Under the pieces are notes generated by a model. That model was given only the letters and a program-made list of their open reading frames with translations. It was not told the DNA's origin and did no database searches. Shown here piece by piece: positions 23,078 through 34,100 of a stretch of 64,000 nt of DNA. Made by a program: the position numbers and the translations under genes. The DNA comes from Klebsormidium nitens (lineage: Eukaryota; Plantae; Klebsormidiophyceae). The DNA lies in contig DF237011.1 in the NCBI GenBank assembly GCA_000708835.1, positions 186,001-250,000 on the forward strand, given 5' to 3'. How positions within the stretch are numbered: the stretch's first letter is position 1; each line of letters starts with the position of its first letter.

Positions 23078-26000
23078 CTAAAGGTTGGGAGGCACGAATC
23101 CGTTGGACTTGCACCGGGGAAAGAAGTTCCCCGGGGGGTTGAAGCCGTCACAGCCGTCATTGTCGCAACAAACGTAGCGTCCCTGCGGATCGTTGTTGTA
23201 CCAACAGCGGATCGGGAAGGCTGACGCGGCTCCTGAGCCGCACACTCCTGTGGACGAAAGCAGCGAGTCAGCATGACGTCTGCAAGCTTGTGTTACAGAA
23301 TGTCGCAGCAATGCTTTCTTCACAGCTAGGGGTCCTATTGCACCAGCAGCGGTCCGCGAAGGCGGACCCGGCCCTTGAGCCGCATACTCCTAGCTGCATA
23401 GAATCTATCGACGTCAGCATGAAGTCAGCAATTTTATATTGAGCTGGTTCTTAAAGAGCGAAAGACTCCGAAGGATCGACGGAGGGTCAAATGGGCTCCC
23501 AAAGTTGAAGTCTCCACAAAGATCGAAAGATTTCCGAAATCCAGTCTCAAGCTCCGCTTTCATGAGGGTCCCTGCAGCCGACGGACTAAGACGAAGTGGG
23601 TTGTGCATGCTCAAACGAGTGCAAAAGGGCTCTCCGAGTTTCGACGTACACTCGGAGAAGCAGATCGAGTCCAGGGACTTCTTCGGTGTTACAGGTCTAG
23701 ATTCCGAAATTTGAGGGCGGCGAATGGCCGCCTCCCTTCAATATATCTACGTGAGTTTCATCCTTATGAGAACGCGTTCTGAGCGAAATAGGAACCTATC
23801 ACTCCGCTGACAAACCGGACGGAGCCCAATGTTTCATCCGGATCAACACACGGAAACAAGTTTGGCCATCGCCAAACCTCCTTACCCGCAGAGGTTTGCC
23901 CATCTTAACCCTGATTCGAAACATCTTCAGCTCACCTTGCGGTCCACCAGACGTAGGTGTGGGCCCGGGAGGCAAAACTTGGTTTGGGGGCACGTATCCA
24001 AAGTTCTTGCAGCGCGGGGTTAGGTTATCGGCGTTGAACCCGTCGCAACCCTGGTTATCGCAGCAGACGTATCGCCCCAAGGGGTCGTTGTTGAACCAGC
24101 AACGGGTAGGGAAAGGTTCGGCGCCCGTCTTTCCGCAAACCCCTGAAGAAATGGGATTTCAATTTAGACGGGTTAGGACACCACTGATCGAGGCGCCACG
24201 TCACTTAGCAACGACCTCAATTTTCAATGAACAGAGGTTGATTGTGCAAGATCGGCATCCTCCCGTAAGGATGTCGATGGATGTTTCTTCCAGAATTCGT
24301 AAGGAATCTGCGCGGCGATTGTATCCATATGGGATAATCACGGAATCCTGGGCGGCCAAGTCTTCAGCGGGCCATCATGTCTTAAGCACCAACGTGTTCA
24401 GAAGACCGTTATTCGTTTCAATCTAGACTAAGGACAGTCGACGAAGGTTGATGAAGGTTGATGGACAAAATAACAATCTGTGAAGCTGACAAGTTTCAGA
24501 AGGACCAGTCCCGAGGACTCAACCCTCCGAGCTTCTTCGCGAGAGGTAGTCCGCCCGAGTGAAGCTGACTGAATTGGATGCTCGGAAGTCAATGGAGTTC
24601 CAAACGGTATAGCTGCCTGACAAACGTTTCAGCACGAGTTGATGTTAACAGGGCGTAAAGTGGGCCTGTTGAAGATCGTTCATATACGCAGCCCTTGGAC
24701 AACTTGTTACTCATCGGTCGCGAAAGTCAGGTTGTGGGTCAGAAACTAATGCGTCCAGCACTCTCGCAAAAAGAATGAATAAGCACTCCGGAAGACTGCC
24801 AGAGATAGAGAGACGGAGAAAAGGTTTTAAGTGGCTGCCCAGGTGGAGCTAGACCAAGACTAGAACGGTTACATCCGCAGAAAACGTTGCTTACGTTCGA
24901 AAGGATACCGTTCGGCGGCGCGGTTTTTTGAGTGCCGACAGGAACCTACTGAAGACTTTGATATGTGTACTGTCTGAGAGATGATGGAACAGCAGCTCGA
25001 TCAAAGCATCACGGTCTACCCAGTCGGACGTAAGCCTTACCCTGGTCAGTTGTAGGAGGCGGGGGCGGCGCTCCATTCTCGCCGAAGTTCGGAGGCACGT
25101 ATCCGAAGTTCCTGCAGTGGGGGGTGAGGTTGTCGGCGTTGAATCCATCGCAGCCTTGGGCGTCACAGCACACGTATCGGCCCTGCAGATAGGCAGATGG
25201 GGTCTTTTCTCATTCTTCGAACATCCCGCGCGCGATTGATTGAAACCCAGGCCACTAGGAAGAAGTAAAACGGCAGCATTCATTGTTAAAAGCGTAACGT
25301 TGACCTCTTAGATTGACGAGTACGCCCCTGAACTCGAAGCTCCCTGTCAATTGAAGCTAGAATGGACGCTACATCAGCAAAAAAAGCCCACCTGGGTCAA
25401 CGGCTGGGTCATAGAAGATAACGTCAACCCAATGAGGTTAATCCTACCAAGTGGGCAACAAGGGTTAGCTGGTTCATGATTACATTTTTACAGAACACGT
25501 CCACCTAGGTTAAATTGGGTCAAGGTAAGGATAAACCGACGAAACAGCCCACTAACCCGGGGGTCGTTGTTGAACCAGCACCTCTGCGGGAAGGCAGCCG
25601 CGTCCCCCTGTTTGCCAGACAGGCCTTGGTCCCCTGTATACGACAGATCACCGGGTTTGCGCGTTGACATGCCAGAATCTGAGCATACGTCTGTAAGAGG
25701 GGCCCTAAGCTAACAAGTAAGGTTGGATGATAGAAGGTACTTCCGACGGGAAACTAGAAAGGTCTCTCCTCTAAGACGTTTCCGAGTTCGTTCTCTTTAA
25801 ATACCAATCATGATGCCAAATCAAGAGCCCCTGGAAAGCACAATGTCAATCTGAACACGAGTCAATCGAACAAAAGCTGGCTCGAAACTGTTTCCATGAA
25901 GGTAGGATGGTATAAGGTGCCCATTGAAGGCGTTTTAGAGACTCTAGTCTAAACCGCGCTGAAGCAGCACGCGGCCCAGCATCTATACAGACAAGGTGCA

Positions 26001-29000
26001 GCCCTTACTTATAGCCATCGGAAGTACGGTCTGATCCGACAAATCCGGAGCAGTCTGCTCTGAACTCGCAAGATCACCGTAATCGGAGCAATTGAATTTG
26101 AAATCTTCGTACCAGTGATCGGCCCGATGGTAGGAGGGGGGGTGGGAGGCGGAGTAGGCGGTGGGGTTCCATTCTTGGGCGTAGGGTTAGGACCCGGATT
26201 TCTGCAAAGAAAAGCGGCGTCTCCATTAAACGTTAGAAGAAGGTTGAATATTTCTTTGATTGAAAGTTGGCTCAATGCAACGTTAAATGAAAGCGGAGCA
26301 AGATTTCGTCAGACTCTTGGAAACCTCGTTCAGTCGGTTCTGGTCAGCTTGAGCGGACACGCTTAGCTAGCGTCCCATGATAAGCTCTCAGGGCGATTCC
26401 TTCCATGGGAGTCTAGCTTGAGATTCACTGAGGCACATTCAAGTAATGCTTGATAGCAAGACGGTCCGCTGGAAGTAGCTGGGCACATGATTGATCGTTT
26501 CTAGTTTGATTGGTGGTAGGCGATCAGTTTGTATCCGGGGAGACTTGCGCAATTGGCGCATCCGCAGTCTCAAAGGCTGCAACTTGAACAACCCTCTTTT
26601 TCTAGTCTTCAAATTTCCACAATATGAGCAGATGACGAAAGAACGATGACCATCTCAGGCCCTACGTATTTCCAACAGACTTGGATTTAATCATTTGGCC
26701 CATGTCACGGACTCGTATGTCTCTTTGTGGTAATGGCGCCGAGTCGATCAGTCCGATGCGAGCAGCCAGCCGACTTATCCAAGATTCTGCTATGGCCAGC
26801 TTGCAGCAATGGCCATTTTCCCCCTGATATTTGAAGGATTCTCACACTCGCACAGCCCGTCAAACTTACGGAAGTTCGCACGTGCTCCCCTGGAAGTTGC
26901 TCGGGCAGACACATTCGAAGGCGCCGTTGACACCATTAAAGTCTGCGAGTGCATAGCATGTGCCTCCGTTCTTGCATGGGCTAGGATTGCACCGGTCGGT
27001 TCCTGCATGGTACGAAACTTGAAAGCATCGAGATCTGCTTGAGCGCTTTGTTCGAACAATGAAATCAACAAATATAGAAGCAGGCAAGTGGCAATTGAGA
27101 ATTCAACCTATGAGGCAAGCAGATAGTTTCTTTACCCAAAGACCTATCTCATTCCCCATGCCCAAGTGCGCTTTGAAATTCACGGATCCCTCCTGATCGG
27201 ACAGAAGGCCTCATGCGCAATTGGCAACCAACCTCGTGACACGGGGCAAAAGACCCCTCAATAAGCACGATTCGGAGAGTCCAGCGCTAGTAGATCCAGA
27301 ATCCAAACAGCGCCTAGCGTGCAGCTGACACGCTGCCTAATTGCTCGAGTTTACCGTGCAAATTCAATGAGCCTGCAGCTGCCGGATTTGAGAGCGCCTG
27401 GTGTGCTTCTACTAGAATATAAGTTCTCCTCAGTCACTCGGACTTGGGGCAGGGCCTCTGCAGATGGTGTCTTTGAAGCATAACGACTTAGAGAGCAGAT
27501 ATTCGGGCTCGAGTCCTTTCAACAGAAGGCTTGCTCTGATCCACGTTTGAACGACAGGATGCAAGTCAGGCCTCAGACATGCTACACAGCTAAAGCGCAC
27601 TGTCAACAAGCGCTCTGACGTTATGAAGCAAGAGCGTCGCTGCAGACCTTCAAAGATGCGTGCATGACATCATACCCACTTTTTGTTCCTGTGTGTGAGA
27701 ACACCGAACACAAACCAGACTTGGAAGGAGGGGGTTGAAAAGAGACTTGTAGAGGCAGAAAGAAGTTCATTAAAAGTACCTGGCACGTAGCAGAAGTCTT
27801 CGTAGATTCTATGGCTGAGCACAGAAGGGGCATTGCAGGTACAGACGGTCTCGACTGTGGTGCGCCCCGAAATGGAATACACTTTGAGCTTACACTGGTT
27901 ACCTGCAGGGGTAACACTAGCGAGATGAGCATGAGTAACAGCATCAAAAACGTGGCATCTGTGCAGCCTGTTTAGCAAAGGGGAAGGTTCAAGTCCGTTT
28001 TAAGGTGAGCGCGCGTTTCTCTAAGCTAGCGGGTTTTCTTTTTAGAACTCGCTTACAGACAAAACCGCCCAAGTCTTGGAAGCGCTTGGTGGGTTGGCCT
28101 CCCTGTTGGACAGAATGCAAGTCGGTTAGTTGCCCCTTTCTGTCTGTCATTGCTTAGAGCAAGTGTCTCTGTGAGTACTGATGTCTGGGACTCAGTGGTG
28201 GGGCGACATGGAGTCTGGGCCAGCAGCCTGATTCCCACTCATGCAGAAAAAGTAGCCCGTCCGATGTAGTCAACAGAAAGGCTAAGTACAAACTGGGAGG
28301 GGCATCCTATAAGGTCCATTCGGTCATGTCCAAACCAAGCCAGAACGGAGCCATTGACTAAATTTTGTCAACATCAGAGTTGAAAGTTTTGTAATTCAGC
28401 AACTACCAAATCCAATACAAAATGCACTGTTTCAAACAGCCTGGCAAAGTCTGACAAAGGGTTGAAGAACAGGGCTCAGCTGGCATTGACAATGTCACTG
28501 ACTGAGTCAAGACCTTCCTCAATTGGAGGCAAGGCTTGCGCTCTCACTCTTGTTGTCATTGTCATAGGACTGCTAGCTTACTATATGGGAGATGTGCAAT
28601 CACATCCTCATGGTAGGAAGTTAAACAGGGAACTCAGGCTTCTGACTCTGCTAGATTCTGAACAGAGTCGATTCTTTGTTAGAGTTTGGGAATTGCACTT
28701 TGACCATTCTGACGAGAGTTTCCTCAATGAGCGCCATTAGGAGCTGACATGTCAGTATTCCCAAGTGACTGATTCTGTCCTAACGGAGACAGAACCAAAT
28801 AAATTTTCTGTCTCTGTTAGGGGGGCTAGGACTATCCGGACGAGGAAATCAAGCACACTTTTCATTGAGCTACCGTGCTCTGGAAGCAAGCACGTCGTAA
28901 GAACGTCCGTTCAGCCATTTCGAGCTTCCCCCTTTTAGATCGCTGAGTACTTCAGTCGCAATTCAACCCATGACCACCTATTACACAGGGCCCCTACTAG

Positions 29001-29404
29001 AATGGCCTCGGATTAAAGCCAGATATTCTGGTCCAAGCTGGTCCAAGCTCAGGGCTGGTCCAATCGGCAACTCTCTGTGTCTCAACTTCAGCTCCCCAAG
29101 GAAATCATAAATGCCGATCACCACATCCTGCAACAGGTAAGGACACATGCAAGAACAGCGCACCCAAAAAGCGCAGATTGATAAGGAAACACAGATTACC
29201 TGCACCGCAGGGCCCAGGATTCCCGTAGCACGGATCCGCACGGCATTCGGAGGGCTCGGTGGGCCCATATATAAAGTAGTTCCATACAAAGAACCCCGTG
29301 GGGCAGGAGAGTGAGTCGTCAAGACTCTGAGAAAAACTCGCTATAGGAAAAGAGAGCCAGCTTGCAATGATCAGGAGCAGAGCGCCGGTGTTGCGGAACG
29401 ACAT
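23078..29404 (-). CDS. Paralog A: secreted EGF + Pro-stalk + 3x six-Cys module protein, 381 aa
   Basis: Exons 29404-29200, 27902-27780, 27002-26870, 26201-26113, 25633-25557, 25182-25041, 24142-23936 and 23247-23078; 1146 nt, open. Signal peptide [25 protein letters not shown]; [32 protein letters not shown]. Confidence 0.9.
23324..23389 (-). pseudogene. Decayed duplicate of the 5' end of paralog A exon 8 inside intron 7
   Basis: TAG|GA GTA TGC GGC TCA AGG GCC GGG TCC GCC TTC GCG GAC CGC TGC TGG reads [16 protein letters not shown], against the true exon [16 protein letters not shown] 142 nt downstream. Confidence 0.75.
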
Positions 29405-31196
29405 CGTGGGGAAGATTCTGCTAGCACCAGAACGATTGCTGAGTAAAGATGTCCAATCTACATGCTGCTTTCAACAAATATACGAGCTGCCGTCCTAGCT
29501 CTTTTCAGACCCCTGTCCGCCTGTGAACAAACTATGCCTCCAATGCTCATGAGTGGTGGAAGGACGTCGTGTGAAGGGCTTCAGAAGTGTCGGCGCAACT
29601 CTTCTCAATTTCTTGTGCGCAAAGCTAGTTGCACTGCATTCAAGCGATGCTCCCCTAGCAATGCAGGGAGTTGCTCACTGCGAATCACCGTCAATTCGAA
29701 CTCTAGCTAATTGACCCGCCGCCAAAGCGCCCTGATTGGCAGAGCCTACCTAGGTACCTTAGCCATACTGTGGATGCATTATGCGACTTTACCTTCGTGT
29801 GTCAACATCTTCTTAGGAATGGCCCGGTGATCCCGTGATCCACACTGCAGTGTGCACAGCATCAGTGATCACGTAGGGTGATTCCGTCTCGGCAAATGAC
29901 GCACTGCTGACGGATGAGTCAGAGCCAGCAGCTGCCACGTCCTGGCAGGCTGGCACATTTCCCTGAAACCTTCGACCCCTGTGACGGGCGCGCGGCCGCG
30001 GTCGCTTCAAAATTCAAGTTGAGTACGTCCCGGCGGCGCCGGCCGCGCGATCTCGGCCGGTCGATCACTGTTGACAGCCGTTCAGACGTTGAACGAATAC
30101 CGAAGGCGGATGTCACCAGCTGATGTATCTTATATCTAGCTCACTGCATAGCTATCGATGAAAAATCAATTTCTCTGAATCATGACTGCAAGGCTCATCA
30201 GAAGGCATCATTCAAGTTACATATGTCGATCATGCAAGTACGCCACTCATGAAGCTTTGCAGTACTACAGCATAAATATACAAGCCCCATACAAGCTATA
30301 GTGCGGCCGGACATACTAACTCTGATTGCTGGCGGCTTGGACTGCCGTAATGATGCCGCGCTGAGCCACGCTACAGAGAATGCATAAGACCCTGCTTGTT
30401 GCAAACGTGCCATAAAGCAGCGCATACAGCCTCGTACCGTATAGTCACAGCAGAGTCGGCAGGCCCAGCTCCTTATAATTAGCTGTCATCATTGCACGGG
30501 AGTGGGAGACTGACTCATAGCTTTTAAGCCTGACTGCCTTAAAAGCACGACGCACGAGATGAATGAATGTGCGAAGCCGGATGAGCCAGAGTACAAGGAC
30601 TCTAAACAATAAAAGAACGCTGATGGACTTGCATTTTCACTCAGAACGCAACCTGCAAGCGGTTCGTTCGTGAAAGATTAGTTATCCTGCATGAAGTTAG
30701 CAAGAAACTAGGCGGCGCTACTGTGACGTGATGATGTTTTGTTCCTTGAAAGAGTGGTGACTAATCGACTCTCTTCCTTTACAGACTATCTCTCGTACAG
30801 TAAATCAGCATCTAAAACTCGAAGTGCAGCGACTTCGAACCGATTCAAAGGGCGACAGTCTATTATCACGTCTCTACAAGCTGCCTAATCAGAATCGAGC
30901 TAAACGAGAAACAAGCGGTCCTTGAATGCCAGTCTATATAACCGTGTGGGCATAAATAAAAGGTGCGGCTATCTGTTCGACAACTAAGCAACGGTCAAAA
31001 AACAAACGTCTGTGTGCACGGGACGGCCAAAAGTGCATTCAGCAGCTGGTCTCTCTATCAGCGTCTCTATGTCAAAAGCTCCTTTGAATCCCACGAGGTT
31101 CCCAAGCAAAAATTGGGAAGTGGGGGGGCAAAAACTTGTTGGGACTGAGAAACCTAAAACCTCGAAACGTCTTAACACCCTAGAAGCCCTAAAGCC

Positions 31197-34100
31197 CTAG
31201 AGGCTAGGGGGCACGAATCCGTTGGTCTTGCAGCGGGGGAAAAGGTTGCCCGGCTGATTGAAGCCGTCACAGCCGTCATTGTCGCAGCAGACGTATCGGC
31301 CCTGGGGGTCGTTGTTATACCAGCAGCGGTTCGGAAAGGCTGACGCCGCTCCTAAGCCGCACACTCCTGCGAGGATACACTTGACGTCAGCATGACGTCA
31401 GCAAGCTCGGAATTGGAATTCAAATGACCCGGAGCGGGAGGTCACGGAGTCAGAAGGTAGACGGAGGGATGGAAGAGGATGCCGGAGCTTCGAAGTCCCT
31501 CGCAGAGGATTATCACACGTCCTGTCTAGAAGGTCCCTTCCGACGCAAACATCGAGAAACAGTACCAGCAAAAGCGGCGATCGAGGCGAGCTTTGCAGTA
31601 CCGCAACGAATTCTGAAGGGCTTCTGCCTCTTCAAAAGAGAAAAGCCGGAGTCGGTAGCCTTATTTCGGGTGCACGGAATCAGGTTTGGGACTGGGAATC
31701 CTGAGCAGAATGGAGTAAGCAAGGGCCAACGCCCTTCCATGCTGATCCTGATCGGCTATTCTGGCACAGCGGCACAGCAAAGTGCTCGGCAAACTTACTG
31801 CTGATTTGCGTTTGGCACGGGGCAACTTAAGTTGTTCATACCCTCTTGTTAAAAAAAGCAAACCCATGTATAAACCACGTCGAGCATGAAACTTTCACCC
31901 CTTTGACCATATTTCAAACCAGCTTGTAGCCAATCCCTGTTCATTACTAGTGGATCCTGGGCACGGGAGGCGGAGGCGCGGATAAACAAAGGACGTGACC
32001 CGTATCTGCGCATGGTAACCATGAAGCAATTTAACCCCAATTTAACCCAGTTTTGAACTCACCTTGCGGTCCACCGGTGGGTCCGGGCCCGGGAGGCGGA
32101 GTGCGGGCGAACTTCAAGATGTCGGGCACCAAGCCAAAGTTCTTGCAGTGCGGGGTTAGGTTATCGGCGTTGAACCCGTCGCAACCCTGATTATCGCAGC
32201 AGACGTAGCGCCCCAGGGGGTCGTTGTTGAACCAGCACCGGGTGGGGAAAGGTTCGGCGCCCGCCTTGCCGCAAACCCCTGAGGAAAACGGGTACGTTTC
32301 AAGTATCAGTCGGGTCGGAGTCTTTCCCATACAGCTTTCAGCTTAGGACAGATATTCTGTTTCATCGAGTGGTCGATGAGCTGAACGGCTCAGGCCCAAT
32401 TGTTTGCTCACCTAATCAGACTTTTATCCTCACTCAAACAAAAGGATTCTGCAAGAACGGGAACTCTTACCATGTTGCGTGGACAACAAAGGCGATGAGT
32501 CTGTTCGTCGACGGAAATCAGTCCTTGACAATCCTCATTGAGGACTGGTTACTCCTGCGCTGATAGGTTGCAAGTCCTTCAGCTAACCAGGTCACAAAAG
32601 CACTGGCGCGAGAAAGGAGTAACATACTCATCATGATCTGAGTTGTCGAGCTGGTTAGATCTTTGATCAGGTTAACAAGGTTCAGTGAACCTCATTCCGG
32701 ATCCGTTCGTTTGGAGTTCTCCGCACGCACGTATTCAGTTCGTTTCGGGACGAGAGTACGATAGTGAAGAATCCAACATGAATCAGGGTTCGACGCGACT
32801 CCAAGACGCAAAGACGAGTCTCCGTGAAAGCAAAGCGGACCAGAAGGTCGTTCACATCGGCAATCCTTACACTCATTCGTTCCCCACTGAGGACGAACGA
32901 CGGTCAGGATTGTAAGTTCGGAAGTGGTATCAAATTTGCTCGTCGAAAGGCCCGGCCTGAGACATCCAGCTTCTTTGCACAGATAAGTTCGCAGCACTCA
33001 AAGAGGAATCACAACCCAATGTCAGAAGCTACGCGCAATCTGCTGAAGCGGCTTCCGATATTAGCGGAGATTGTTCTCCGGTTATACACGCGAGGAGACA
33101 CCGACGTCTGGTGGTGTGTCATTGGGGTGCTGAACGTTTGCTGTGTACACTGTCCGACAATAACCGGAATCAAGGAAACAAGTCATAGAGAGGTTGACCT
33201 GAACCTTACCCTGGTCAGTCGTTGGAGGCGGGGGCGGCCCTCCGATTTTGCCAAAGTTTGGAGGCACGTATCCAAAGTTTTTGCACTGTGGGGTCAGGTT
33301 GTCTGCGTTGAATCCTTCACACCCTTGGGCGTCACAGCACACGTATCGGCCCTGCAGGTAGTACCAATAAAATGCTAACACTCTTTAAGGTGTTCAATCG
33401 AGTCCTCGTTGAGATCGGGTACGCATCCAACTTCGGCAGCATCCGAATCCAGAAGTTCAAGCGTGAGCTTCAAGAGACAGTTCGGGACTTCACCCCTTGT
33501 TTCATCGAAATTCGTCTCATACTAGCTGAAACTTGGAGCTAGACCAAACAGAGACGAAAAGCCCCCGGCTCACATGAGTTTGGCTTCGTTGCAAACTTGG
33601 AAAACCCACATGGCTTAGCTACAGTGATTCTAAACCAACAGAAATACCCACATGGGTTAGCGAGGACACGATAGTCCTCAACCCACCGAAATGCTCACTT
33701 ACCTCGGGGTCGCTGTTGAACCAGCACCTCTGCGGAAAGTCAGCCGCGTCGCCTCTGCCACAGATCGGGCCTTGTTCCACTGTATACAAGCATAGCCGGA
33801 TTAGAACCATAACCATGCCTGGTCAAGTCTCTGAATCAGATTAGTGCCCAGGAAAAAGAGACCTTAACCGCAATTGGTAACCGCACATCGGGGCCGGCCG
33901 GATGATAGTAAATACTCCCTAAGCAATCTAGGAGGGTCTATTAGTTTTCCTGACTTCATGCATGTACTTTTTCTTTCCAGCCTAGATGCCAACGTGGGGG
34001 CGTCTAGCAAGCAAAGCTGGCCGCTGCTCGACTGATCAAAAGAGAGATCTGCACCAAACCGAGACGCAAAGGGTAACACGGTAATGAATGACGTTTCTCG

